This document shows, in pieces, positions 20,354 to 29,730 of a stretch of DNA of 64,000 nt. Location: contig JBMNFQ010000001.1 of assembly GCA_050949405.1 (NCBI GenBank), forward strand, positions 168,166 to 232,165. The letters are read 5' to 3'. The position numbers were made by a program, and so were the translations under genes. Source of the stretch: Limisphaerales bacterium. Lineage in GTDB: Bacteria > Verrucomicrobiota > Verrucomicrobiia > Limisphaerales > UBA1412. Every line of letters starts with the position of its first letter. The stretch's first letter is position 1. The notes beneath the pieces were generated by a model. That model saw only the letters and a program-made list of their open reading frames with translations, made no database searches and had not been told where the DNA came from.

Positions 20354-20390
20354 AATTCCAAGTCTAAAGAATTTTTCTGTTTTGACAAGC

Positions 20391-20418
20391 TTGACAAGCG
20401 GCAAAAACCATGTATGAT
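20391..20418 (+). promoter_or_regulatory. Sigma70-like promoter of tRNA-Tyr
   Basis: TTGACA (20391-20396), 16 bp spacer, TATGAT (20413-20418), then a GC-rich discriminator before the tRNA. Confidence 0.6.
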
Positions 20419-20435
20419 GAGCCCCCGTTACGGGT

Positions 20436-20521
20436 GGTAGGATACCCAAGTGGCCAACGGGGGCAGACTGTAAATCTGCTGGCAAACGCCTTCACTGGTT
20501 CGAATCCAGTTCCTACCACCA
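20436..20521 (+). tRNA. tRNA-Tyr (GTA)
   Basis: GGTAGGA...GCAGA-CTGTAAA-TCTGC, long variable arm, GGTTCGAATCC, TCCTACC-A-CCA. Confidence 0.96.
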
Positions 20522-20653
20522 TTTTTCTTTTCTAATTCCCTCTCCTGCAAGCCATAAGATGCGAAAATAAATTCATTGAAAAAAGGTTTGCTTTTTCCTC
20601 CGTTTTTCGTCAGAATTTCGTCGTTATTTTTAAAATCAATATACTTTGCTGCC

Positions 20654-23600
20654 ATGAAAACAAAAAGTTTTTTTACGCTCTGCACAGCTCTTCTCTTTAC
20701 TTTGCTTTTTTTGGGAGAAAAAGCCCAGGGCTATGTCGGTCAAACTTTATTCTTGGATGGTTTCAGCTTTTATGTCCTTACCGAAGACCCCTTTTCAAAA
20801 ACAGGCACGGTAGCCGTGAACTCATCGCGTATCTTCGCATCCGAGCCATACGGCGTTAGTATTCCCCAATCACTCGCTTTCGAACAAAATCCCGGATTCA
20901 GTTATCTGGTCACGGAAGTAGGCATAAACTGTTTTAACAACGACCGCTACTGCACGGGAGTTGAGCTGCCTGACAGCGTGACAAGAATCGGCTATGGCGC
21001 ATTTCAGGATGCTTACAGTCTCAAAGATATCGTATTGCCCAAATATCTTGCCGCCATCGAAAAGGAGACCTTTGCCGGATGCAGTAGTCTCGAAAGCATT
21101 TTCCTGCCCGATGATCTCATAGGCATCGGGGAGCGTGCTTTTGCCGGCTGTTTCAAGCTCACGACAATAAATTTGGAAAATATAACCTCAATCGCTCCAA
21201 ACGCCTTTGAATACTGCCACGCTCTGGAAAACGTGAACATCTCCAGCAAAACCGAGTACCTGGGCGAGAGGGCCTTTCAAACCTGTAACAACCTCAAACA
21301 TGTCAAAATAGGCAATGGGCTGCAGTACATCGAGTCTCACACATTCTATGACTGCAAAGCGCTTGAGAGCGTAGAAATCGGTAACGGCGTCCAGATCATC
21401 GGCACCAGCGCCTTTTCCCAGTGCAAGAATCTCTCCAGCGTAACAATAGGCAGCAGCGTTCAATTCATAGAGCCGCAGGCGTTTTACAATTGCCAAAAAT
21501 TGAATAACCTCTTCATACCACCCAATGTTCACACGATAAGGTCTGAGGCCTTTTACGGCTGTTCCGGCTTGGAAAACCTCACCCTCTCCGAGGGGCTCAA
21601 TGAAATCAGCACTAAGGCATTCCATTACTGCACCGCCCTCTTGGAAGTCATCATCCCCCATAGCGTTACTTTAATCAGAAACGAAGCTTTCTCCCATTGC
21701 TCAAGCCTCACCAATTTGGTGATTGGCGATGGAGTTACCAGGATGGGAGATCGTGCCTTTACCGAGTGCAGAAAGCTTGAACATGTGCACCTGGGCAGCT
21801 CGCTCCCTTCGCTCCCCTATGGCTGTTTTGACGTCGCTATCAGCTTGAAAGAACTCGTCATCCCCGACAACATTACCTTCCTGAGCGATCTCTGTCTCAG
21901 TTCCTGCACCAGCCTGACTAACCTTATACTGCCTCAAACTCTTGTCCATATCGGCAAGAGCGCGTTGCATAACTGCACCAGCCTGGAGCATCTCTCATTG
22001 CCCAGAGAGCTCGCCTCCATCGGTGCCTATGCCTTTGGCCAATGCTATTCCCTGAAAAGCCTCGTATTCCCTCCCAACCTGATGAGCATAGGCGATAACG
22101 CTTTTGGGTCATGTAAAGAGCTGAACTCACTCTACTTCAGGGGGGATGCGCCGCTCAGCGTGGGCAAAGACCTCTTTGAGAACGCCTCTGAAGACGTCAC
22201 AATCTACTACAAGCCCGGGACAGCCGGCTGGCCCGAGCCTCATCAAACCTGGCATGGAGTTCCCGTCCTGCTCTGGGAGGAAGCCGGTATCTTTTCGTTG
22301 GAATTCTTTCGTATTAAAGATATCAAGGGATTCCAAAACGCCACTCTGAATGAAGATGCGCAAATGCCACTCATCCCTACCACTCAGATGAGTGCGCTGG
22401 AATCCTCTCTCGAGCCGGTCAGTAGAGGGCTGATCGCCGACGGGGTCACTCCGCTCATTATCAAAATCCATGAAAACGGGGCTGCCCATACTCCCCAAAC
22501 CTGTCGTCTTAGCCTGATTCACACCTCCCAGCGGTACGATTCGCCGCTAATCAAAGGTCTTGGACAGCACCTCTGCCTGATTCAGAATGGCGAAATCCGC
22601 ACGGCGAACGAAGAGGGGGAGCTCGAATTCACCATCCCCGCTCATCCCAATAGCACGTACACGCTCTATGCCTTTATCTCGCCTATCGAATCCTATGACA
22701 TGGCCAATAGCTCTTATTATTGGGAGCTCTTTGATTTTGAAGCGAGAATAGGGCTGCTCGCATCCAAAGAGAATCCGGAGGAAGGCGAGCGCTTCCTGGC
22801 GCATCGGCTCTTTGATGTTTCTAAACCGCCAATCGTCCTGATTCATGACTTGAACGCCGGCGAATCCATGAAATATCTCCCCTCGGTTTTGAGTAATTAC
22901 AGACCTGCGGAATTGATTTACCCGATCACTTACGGCTGTAAAATGAATCTGAAAACCGGCCGCCTCGATAACACCGCCAATACCATCTATCCGCTCTTTG
23001 ACTACGATCCCAATAGAAGCCTCGTGCATATCCTGGACCAGCAGCTCAAAAAAGAGATCGAAGGCACTCCCACCACAGAACGGCTCTGGAAGGAATGGGC
23101 CTGGACCAGATACGACGTCATCGCCCACGGCCAGGGCGGGCTTCTGACGCGAATGCTCTGCGCCAGTGAACCGGTCTGGGGCGGGCAGGTCCTCCCCTTC
23201 CGCAACAAAGAAAACTTCAACCGCGGCCGCTTCCACTTTATCGTGACCATCGGCACTCCGCACAACGGCACCAGCCTGGCCCGCTACCTTCTGGAGCTGG
23301 AAAAGCTATCAAACTCGCTCTTCTCAAACCAGATACTCCCAGAGGAGCTCTCCTTCCTGAAATACTTCAGAGACAAGTTCGACCCCTGGGGTCCCCAAAT
23401 GCAGATCGCCAACCATCCCAACTGTGCACCGGACCCCGGCGCTCTCTTTCATCTGATCCGCAGCTTCGTGGATTCTAACTCTGAAGCCTATTCGCTCCTG
23501 GGTCTCAAATTAAGCGGAAACCCTTACTGGAACAAGGGAACCGATATCGTACTGAAAGGCGGCTCCGATGGCATTATCGACGGCGCCAGCCAATTCGAAG

Positions 23601-24661
23601 GCTGCAGCAGTGTGACCCATCAATCTGGAATGATAGCCCACTGCGAGCCTGCCAAACTCCTGGGGGCCACCACCTATTCATACGTGACTCAGATGACAAG
23701 CTACGATCTGATCACCACTGCCGCCAGACTGCTGACATCCAGACAGAGCGGAAACTATAACCCCGACGCTTCCCCTCCGTTTACCCCCTTCACTCAGCCG
23801 AAGACACGGGATGCCGCCTGGAAAAAACAGATAGAGGACTTCGCGGCGCTGGCCATCCTCTCCTTCAACCCCAAAATACTGGAGTTCGATTGGGATACTT
23901 CGGGCGATATCTTCGTGAAGTTCGCTCAAAACATCAGCGGCCAGGCCTCTTCCGAAGTCACTCCGGCCGCGGCCAGAGCGATTCAGTGGTCAGTCGTCTA
24001 TTACGGTCCCGAAGAGATGGATAGCGAAAACGCCGCTACATGGGTCACGGACCCGCAAGACCCCTACGGCATCCAAATAACGCCGCGCGAAAACCTGCAG
24101 GGCGACATCGTCGTGAGCGCTCTCTATGAGGAGCAGGAAAATCTCTTTTACGGCGCACCGATGCGAGTCTACTCTCAGCCGATCGAAAAAGAGATAACGG
24201 CCATCCTCTGCAAGCCTGAAGATACCATACTGGATGTTGGCGCCGGTCTCACCCCGGAGCTCTGGGCCATCTATGAGGATGGTAGCCAGGGGCGGCTCTT
24301 CATTGACGAAGACTCGGAGTTGGAGCTCAGCTCCAGTAATCCTGACACCCTCGCTGTGGATGGCCGGAGCCTCAAAGCGCTGGCACGCGGAGAGGCCACC
24401 CTCAGCGCCAGTTGGGGCGGCTTCCATTGCAATAGCGGCTACCAGGTCGGTTATGCTCAATCCTACAGTATCTACCTCTACAATGGCCGGGCAGAGGATG
24501 GCACCTTCTGGCTCTGGTGGCCCAGAGGCGCCCTGCAGATAGCCCCCACGCACCAGGGGCCCTGGGTGACCTACAGGACAGAGCCGCCCTACCAGGTCCC
24601 GTTCAATGAAGAAAACCGCTTCTACCGTATAATTGAGCACTTGCCCAATCCGGAGCAGTGA
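20654..24661 (+). CDS. Large secreted BspA-LRR protein fused to an alpha/beta-hydrolase-like domain and an Ig-like (Big_2-type) domain
   Basis: Signal peptide from MKTKSFF; about 18 LRR_5 repeats; PPIVLIHD, DVIAHGQGG, TIGTPHNGT and SDGII; SSSNPDTLAVDG...GEATLSASW; C-terminal NRFYRII. Confidence 0.8.
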   Translation: MKTKSFFTLCTALLFTLLFLGEKAQGYVGQTLFLDGFSFYVLTEDPFSKTGTVAVNSSRIFASEPYGVSIPQSLAFEQNPGFSYLVTEVGINCFNNDRYCTGVELPDSVTRIGYGAFQDAYSLKDIVLPKYLAAIEKETFAGCSSLESIFLPDDLIGIGERAFAGCFKLTTINLENITSIAPNAFEYCHALENVNISSKTEYLGERAFQTCNNLKHVKIGNGLQYIESHTFYDCKALESVEIGNGVQIIGTSAFSQCKNLSSVTIGSSVQFIEPQAFYNCQKLNNLFIPPNVHTIRSEAFYGCSGLENLTLSEGLNEISTKAFHYCTALLEVIIPHSVTLIRNEAFSHCSSLTNLVIGDGVTRMGDRAFTECRKLEHVHLGSSLPSLPYGCFDVAISLKELVIPDNITFLSDLCLSSCTSLTNLILPQTLVHIGKSALHNCTSLEHLSLPRELASIGAYAFGQCYSLKSLVFPPNLMSIGDNAFGSCKELNSLYFRGDAPLSVGKDLFENASEDVTIYYKPGTAGWPEPHQTWHGVPVLLWEEAGIFSLEFFRIKDIKGFQNATLNEDAQMPLIPTTQMSALESSLEPVSRGLIADGVTPLIIKIHENGAAHTPQTCRLSLIHTSQRYDSPLIKGLGQHLCLIQNGEIRTANEEGELEFTIPAHPNSTYTLYAFISPIESYDMANSSYYWELFDFEARIGLLASKENPEEGERFLAHRLFDVSKPPIVLIHDLNAGESMKYLPSVLSNYRPAELIYPITYGCKMNLKTGRLDNTANTIYPLFDYDPNRSLVHILDQQLKKEIEGTPTTERLWKEWAWTRYDVIAHGQGGLLTRMLCASEPVWGGQVLPFRNKENFNRGRFHFIVTIGTPHNGTSLARYLLELEKLSNSLFSNQILPEELSFLKYFRDKFDPWGPQMQIANHPNCAPDPGALFHLIRSFVDSNSEAYSLLGLKLSGNPYWNKGTDIVLKGGSDGIIDGASQFEGCSSVTHQSGMIAHCEPAKLLGATTYSYVTQMTSYDLITTAARLLTSRQSGNYNPDASPPFTPFTQPKTRDAAWKKQIEDFAALAILSFNPKILEFDWDTSGDIFVKFAQNISGQASSEVTPAAARAIQWSVVYYGPEEMDSENAATWVTDPQDPYGIQITPRENLQGDIVVSALYEEQENLFYGAPMRVYSQPIEKEITAILCKPEDTILDVGAGLTPELWAIYEDGSQGRLFIDEDSELELSSSNPDTLAVDGRSLKALARGEATLSASWGGFHCNSGYQVGYAQSYSIYLYNGRAEDGTFWLWWPRGALQIAPTHQGPWVTYRTEPPYQVPFNEENRFYRIIEHLPNPEQ

Positions 24662-24670
24662 AATAGAAAT

Positions 24671-24730
24671 AGAAAGAGGGCGACTTCTCCAATAAGACAA
24701 GCCGCCCTCTGATTCAAAGGGAGCCTCAAC
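24671..24730 (+). repeat. 60-bp direct repeat, copy 1 (contains terminator-like hairpin)
   Basis: AGAAAGAGGGCGACTTCTCCAATAAGACAAGCCGCCCTCTGATTCAAAGGGAGCCTCAAC is identical to 26028-26087. Confidence 0.95.
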
Positions 24731-24754
24731 TGGGAGAAAACCGCAAACACTGTT

Positions 24755-25960
24755 ATGAATAAAACGCTGTCAAAATTTCTCTGGAGGACGGTCAAAATCG
24801 GTCTTTGGACCGGGGGAATTCTGTTATTATTGTTCATTTTATTGGTTGTAATTACTCTGCTGACACAGGAAAGTAGACACTTCTCAAACGGTGACTTCGT
24901 GTATCGGCTTCTTCCTGAGGATGAGGCTACCGGAGAAAGAACTGCACCTCTTAGTCGAGTAAAGGGAATAACAGCCGAGATGGAAAAATTTGATATCCCC
25001 TCAACTGCAAGCTATAAGGAAAAGGAACTTCGTATTACCCATATTAGCAGGTGGGCATTTAGTGACTGCACCAATCTGGCAAACATTACGATTCCGGAGG
25101 GTATTACCCATATCGGAGAGGTAGCGTTCGCTGGGTGTACCAACCTGACAAACATCAGAGTGGCACAAGGGAATAAAAATTATACCAGTGTGGATGGGGT
25201 GCTTTTTACAATAGATATGTCTTCAATAGTGGCCTATCCCGCAGGGAAAAAAGAAGAGACCTACACTCTGCCGAATACTGTTACCGATATCGTCGAAGGG
25301 GCCTTTAACAGTTGCTCCGTTCTGAAAAACATCATAATTCCCAATACTGTTACAAATATCGGAAAACGTGCGTTCACGGAATGTGAGAGCCTGACAAGCA
25401 TTACGATTCCGCATGGTGTTACCACTCTTGAACGTGGGGTCTTTAACAATTGCTCCAGTCTGACAGACATCACAATTCCGGAGAGTGTGACCACCATCGA
25501 AATGGGTGTATTCGCTGGGTGTACCAGTTTGAAAAATATCACAATTCCGAAGGGTGTGACCGATATCAGAGAGGGTGTAGTATTTGAAGGCTGTACCAGC
25601 CTGACAAGCGTTACGATTCCTGAAGGAGTGACCACTCTTGGCCATAGAATCTTTCATAATTGCTCTAGTCTGACAAATATCACAATTCCGAAGAGTGTGA
25701 CCACAATTAACGGGCTGGCATTTCATGGCTGCCCTGGTCTGACATGCATCACAATTCCGGAGGGTGTTAATTTTATCGGAAAGGGAGGATTCCAAAATTG
25801 CAAAAATTTGAAAAATGTTTATTTCAAGGGGCCCCCTGCAGATAGTTTTATTCTAGCATTTGATGGAAACACGGTACTTCATTACATTGAAGGAACTCCG
25901 GGCTGGACGACTCCCGAATGGAAGGGATTCACTACCAGGATTTGGGTTCCTGAATCGTGA
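24755..25960 (+). CDS. Membrane-anchored BspA-like LRR protein
   Basis: N-terminal TM helix, TIPEGVTxIxxxxFxxCxSL repeats, NYTSVDGVLF and YPAGK motifs; visibly lower GC than the flanks. Confidence 0.85.
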   Translation: MNKTLSKFLWRTVKIGLWTGGILLLLFILLVVITLLTQESRHFSNGDFVYRLLPEDEATGERTAPLSRVKGITAEMEKFDIPSTASYKEKELRITHISRWAFSDCTNLANITIPEGITHIGEVAFAGCTNLTNIRVAQGNKNYTSVDGVLFTIDMSSIVAYPAGKKEETYTLPNTVTDIVEGAFNSCSVLKNIIIPNTVTNIGKRAFTECESLTSITIPHGVTTLERGVFNNCSSLTDITIPESVTTIEMGVFAGCTSLKNITIPKGVTDIREGVVFEGCTSLTSVTIPEGVTTLGHRIFHNCSSLTNITIPKSVTTINGLAFHGCPGLTCITIPEGVNFIGKGGFQNCKNLKNVYFKGPPADSFILAFDGNTVLHYIEGTPGWTTPEWKGFTTRIWVPES

Positions 25961-26027
25961 GATCGGTAGGAAAAGGAGGAATATCGGAATGTCTTTGCTG
26001 CACCCCATCCGGGTACAGCGGTGAAAC

Positions 26028-26087
26028 AGAAAGAGGGCGACTTCTCCAATAAGACAAGCCGCCCTCTGATTCAAAGGGAGCCTCAAC
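26028..26087 (+). repeat. 60-bp direct repeat, copy 2
   Basis: Identical to 24671-24730. Confidence 0.95.
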
Positions 26088-26112
26088 CCCCCTTTTGCTG
26101 TTTCAGGAGCAA

Positions 26113-27150
26113 TTAATCCTGAGCTCCGAGACCATCTTCAAAGCTGCCTTCAGCCATCGGGAAGCACAGGTCTTTGGCAACGTACTGGATTCCGTTGGCG
26201 CTGGTGGCGTCACCATCACGGTAGGCGCTTTCAGCTTCCACGACCAGCGGAGCCGTCGTCGTACCCATCACCTGGCAGTAACGCCTGGCATAACCGATTT
26301 TCTCCATCAGCTCGGCATAGCGGACCATATTCAGGTCGCCCGTAGAGAGGTCGGTAAACTGCATGGCGCGCTTCTTCCAATCGGCTTCCATGCTGCGCAG
26401 CGGCATCCCCTTGTGAACGACATGGTTCTTCACATGGCAGCCAATGACGCGGTCACCCACCTTGGTGAAGCGGGTTTCCCAATCCTCTCCTTCCCAGCAA
26501 TGCGAAGGGTCCGCATTGACGGTCAGGCATTTATCGCCGTCGCAAATATCGACCAGCATGTTGAAGTCATCGGCGCAGCAGGCGGCCGTGCCCGGGTGAA
26601 TTTCATGAGCCAGGTAAATTCCGCGCTCATTGGCATACTTGCGGACCGCGGCGCTCTGCTTGATGAAGCGCTCCTGGCCTTCCTTGATTAAATCGTAACC
26701 GGCCTTGAAAAAGCCCCAGGGATAACCCGTGGCCAATTCCCAGCCAAAAGAAACACCCCAGAACATCGGCAGGACGAACACTTTCAGCTCGGCCGCCAGG
26801 TCCATCAGTTTCTTGAGATAGTCTTCGGCCCAAAGCTCGATTTCGGGAGCGGATTTCTTGCCCACTTCGCTGGAGAGGAAGGGCAGCATCGTCTTGGAAC
26901 CGGTCCAGGCTGTGCCCAATACCCACGTCACGCAATGGCAACTGATGCCGTCGAGCTTCAATCCATACTTTTCGCAAGCGGCTTTGACTTCGGCAGCACT
27001 CTTGAAGCCGCCTTTGCCGTCTTCAAGCATGTAACAGGTCGGCTGAGCGCCGGCTGCGCCGGATTGCTTCGCAAAAGCCAGAAAACCATCTAATCCCTTG
27101 GGTCCATGTTGACCCCCTTCGATACTTGAGTGAAAAATAGCTTTACCCAT
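26113..27150 (-). CDS. Sugar phosphate isomerase/epimerase (xylose-isomerase-like TIM barrel)
   Basis: HEIHPG, DPSH, HVKN and VEAE motifs. Start taken at MGKAIFHS. Confidence 0.85.
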   Translation of the reverse strand: MGKAIFHSSIEGGQHGPKGLDGFLAFAKQSGAAGAQPTCYMLEDGKGGFKSAAEVKAACEKYGLKLDGISCHCVTWVLGTAWTGSKTMLPFLSSEVGKKSAPEIELWAEDYLKKLMDLAAELKVFVLPMFWGVSFGWELATGYPWGFFKAGYDLIKEGQERFIKQSAAVRKYANERGIYLAHEIHPGTAACCADDFNMLVDICDGDKCLTVNADPSHCWEGEDWETRFTKVGDRVIGCHVKNHVVHKGMPLRSMEADWKKRAMQFTDLSTGDLNMVRYAELMEKIGYARRYCQVMGTTTAPLVVEAESAYRDGDATSANGIQYVAKDLCFPMAEGSFEDGLGAQD

Positions 27151-27341
27151 AATTTTTATTTGTTTAATACTCTTTCTGACACTCTCCGCTCGGGAATGAC
27201 CACCCCCGCAAGAAATCTGTTTCTCTTCCGGGCGCCCCACTGCGAGTCGGGTTTGTTCCCCTTTTTCTACTCCCTTTACAGAACAAAAGCAATCTAAAAC
27301 TCCAAACTTTTTCATGCCGGATTTTCCCTTTGCCGGAAATA

Positions 27342-27377
27342 GAAAAACGGCCGTCTCGAGTGAAACGACCGTTTTTC
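27342..27377 (-). terminator. Intrinsic terminator after the Gfo/Idh/MocA gene
   Basis: GAAAAACGG-CCGT...ACG-ACCGTTTTTC inverted repeat. Confidence 0.6.
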
Positions 27378-27421
27378 GTATAATTAACCTTTAGCCGAAA
27401 TATCCGGCAACAATACTACTC

Positions 27422-28702
27422 TTAGAGCAGTTCGTAGGTGTTGGGTACCGGAGCCTTCCAGGGCTTAATCGGAGAGTTCAGGTCAACCAGGTTCTCAGGT
27501 ACGATGTCCTGCTCGCCCTCAAGGATATCTTCCCAGGAGGTCTTGCGGCCGGAGTATGCGGATTCGCGGCCCATGATAGCGGTGATGCAGGATTCGCCCA
27601 CTTCTCTGGCTTCATTGAGCTTCTTGTTCTCAGCGATAGCCGTCATCAGGTTCATATGCTCCTGGACGTAGGGGTTACGACCCTGGGTAGCGCGCCACAC
27701 TTTACCGGTCTTGAAGGTAATCGTGCCGGCCGGGTTGGAGGTACCATTGGTGCCGACAATGAACTCGCTCACGTTGGAGTCAGTGCTGTCGATCTGGCGG
27801 CACTGGCTGTACATGCGTGTTCCATCAGCATACTCATACTCAACTGCAAAGTGATCCCAGATTTCGCCGGGGCCCTTCAGCGCTTCGCGGCCGCCCATAC
27901 CGTAGGCGCGGACCGGATGTGCACCCTTGACCCAGTTGCAGACGTCAACGTTATGAACGTGCTGCTCAACGATATGATCGCCGCAGAGCCACAGATAGTG
28001 GTACCAGTTGCGGAGCTGATTCTCCATGTCGGACTTATTGATATCCCACGGATTATTCCAGATGTTACCCTGGTTCCAATAACAGGCCATGGAGACGATT
28101 TCTCCAATAACGCCATTTTTGAGCTGCTCAACAGTCTCGATATAACCCTGCTGGTGGCGGCGCTGGGTACCGGCTGCGATCTTCAGACCCTTCTTCTCGG
28201 ATTCGTCGGCAGCCTTGAGGAACAGACGCGCTGTGGCGGAATCAACGCACACCGGCTTTTCGGTGAACATGTTCTTACCCTTTTCAACGGCATAGGCGAA
28301 ATGCTGAGCGCGGAAACCAGGAGGTGTCGCCAAAATCACGTAGTTTACCTCGGGATGATCAATAACTTTCTTGTAGTTATCGAACCCGGAATAAGCCTCA
28401 ACCTTTACGGATTTATCGGCATTAAGACCATCTCTTCCTGCGAAGCTCTTGGCCCTCTCTTCAAAAACGTCGCCAACGGCAACGACCTTGATGTCCTTAA
28501 TACCATGCTCTTTGGCTGCGTTAATCGCATCCCAGGCAGCACCCTGACCGCGACCACCGCATCCAACCAACCCCACACGAATCTTCAGATCCGTCACAGG
28601 GGCAGCATGACTGGTAATTACATACGGAGCAACCATCGCACCGGCGGCCAGCACAGACGAGCTCTTAATAAACTGACGGCGAGATACATCCATCTTCTTC
28701 AT
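27422..28702 (-). CDS. Tat-exported Gfo/Idh/MocA oxidoreductase
   Basis: SRRQFIK signal; VGLVGCGGRG, ATPPGFR, TEKP and GDHIVEQHVHNVD motifs. Confidence 0.92.
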   Translation of the reverse strand: MKKMDVSRRQFIKSSSVLAAGAMVAPYVITSHAAPVTDLKIRVGLVGCGGRGQGAAWDAINAAKEHGIKDIKVVAVGDVFEERAKSFAGRDGLNADKSVKVEAYSGFDNYKKVIDHPEVNYVILATPPGFRAQHFAYAVEKGKNMFTEKPVCVDSATARLFLKAADESEKKGLKIAAGTQRRHQQGYIETVEQLKNGVIGEIVSMACYWNQGNIWNNPWDINKSDMENQLRNWYHYLWLCGDHIVEQHVHNVDVCNWVKGAHPVRAYGMGGREALKGPGEIWDHFAVEYEYADGTRMYSQCRQIDSTDSNVSEFIVGTNGTSNPAGTITFKTGKVWRATQGRNPYVQEHMNLMTAIAENKKLNEAREVGESCITAIMGRESAYSGRKTSWEDILEGEQDIVPENLVDLNSPIKPWKAPVPNTYELL

Positions 28703-28913
28703 ATTTTTTTCTTTCTTTACTCTGTTTTCCGCGCACAATTTCTTCCCTTTTGTTCCAAGAAGTCACCATGCGCCTTCAAATTTCAAACACGTCGATTCTA
28801 GCAGAAGAGCCCGAGGAATCCAGCCTTTTTTTGGAAAATAGCAAATTTTTAATCGGCCCCGCTTCAAGGCTTGCGCTGTTGGCCGAAAAATGAGATGCTC
28901 CGTGAAACGGGAC

Positions 28914-29666
28914 ATGTCCTATCCTCCTTTGTATTACTCCAGCTTGAGGCCGTTCAAAAACTTGTTTCGGCTGGGGATGCCTATTCTCACATATCACAAA
29001 CTGGGGCCGAGACCGGATAATGTACGCATCAAAGGTCTCTACATGGCGGAGTCTTACTTCAAAAAACAGCTTCGTACATTACGCGAAAACCGCTTCCCTT
29101 CCCTCACCCTCGATGATGTGGCCCGCGATAACCTGCCCCCGGGCAGCGGCGTCGTCCTCACCTTTGATGATGCCTATGATAACGTCTTCCGCTACGGCCT
29201 GCCCCACCTGGTGAACGAAGGTTTTTGCGCCATCCAGTTCATCGTGGTCAACCTGATTGGCAAAACCAATGAGTGGGACGTTGCAGAAGGTGAAGCGATG
29301 GAGCGGCTGATGGATGAAGGGCAAATCCGCGAGTGGCTCCAGGAGGGACAGATGATCGGCTCACACACGCTCTCTCATCCCTGGCTGAGCAAAATTGACG
29401 GGAACCTTGCCCGCGAGGAAATTTACGCCAGTAAAGCCAGACTGGAAGATAAGTTCGGAGTCGCAGTGGAGCACTTCTGCTACCCCTATGGAGACTGGGC
29501 CCCGGCGGTCGTCGAGCATGTCCGCTCTGCTGGCTACAAGACGGCCTGCACCGTCATGAACGGCATCAACCTGCCCGAGACGCCCAAACACACATTGCGC
29601 CGGTTCACCGCCCGCTACCCCAGCCGAAATTTAAAAGCATGGTGGAACCGCCTCCGTGGCTGGTAG
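28914..29666 (+). CDS. Polysaccharide deacetylase (CE4/NodB)
   Basis: PILTYH, LTFDDAY, GSHTLSH and FCYPYG motifs. Start uncertain. Confidence 0.9.
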   Translation: MSYPPLYYSSLRPFKNLFRLGMPILTYHKLGPRPDNVRIKGLYMAESYFKKQLRTLRENRFPSLTLDDVARDNLPPGSGVVLTFDDAYDNVFRYGLPHLVNEGFCAIQFIVVNLIGKTNEWDVAEGEAMERLMDEGQIREWLQEGQMIGSHTLSHPWLSKIDGNLAREEIYASKARLEDKFGVAVEHFCYPYGDWAPAVVEHVRSAGYKTACTVMNGINLPETPKHTLRRFTARYPSRNLKAWWNRLRGW

Positions 29667-29730
29667 CCTTTTCTTTTCCCGACTACCAGCAGCCAACAAC
29701 CGGCAAACAAGACAGCCCCCGCTTTACTCC

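Noticed and set aside
20354-20485. Extended N-terminus of Ffh in the ORF track
   Set aside because: It overlaps tRNA-Tyr and its promoter. The conserved Ffh start is MFDAL at 20353.
20436-26100. Integrative island at tRNA-Tyr
   Set aside because: No integrase and no duplicated tRNA 3' end was seen. Only the local 60-bp repeat is supported.
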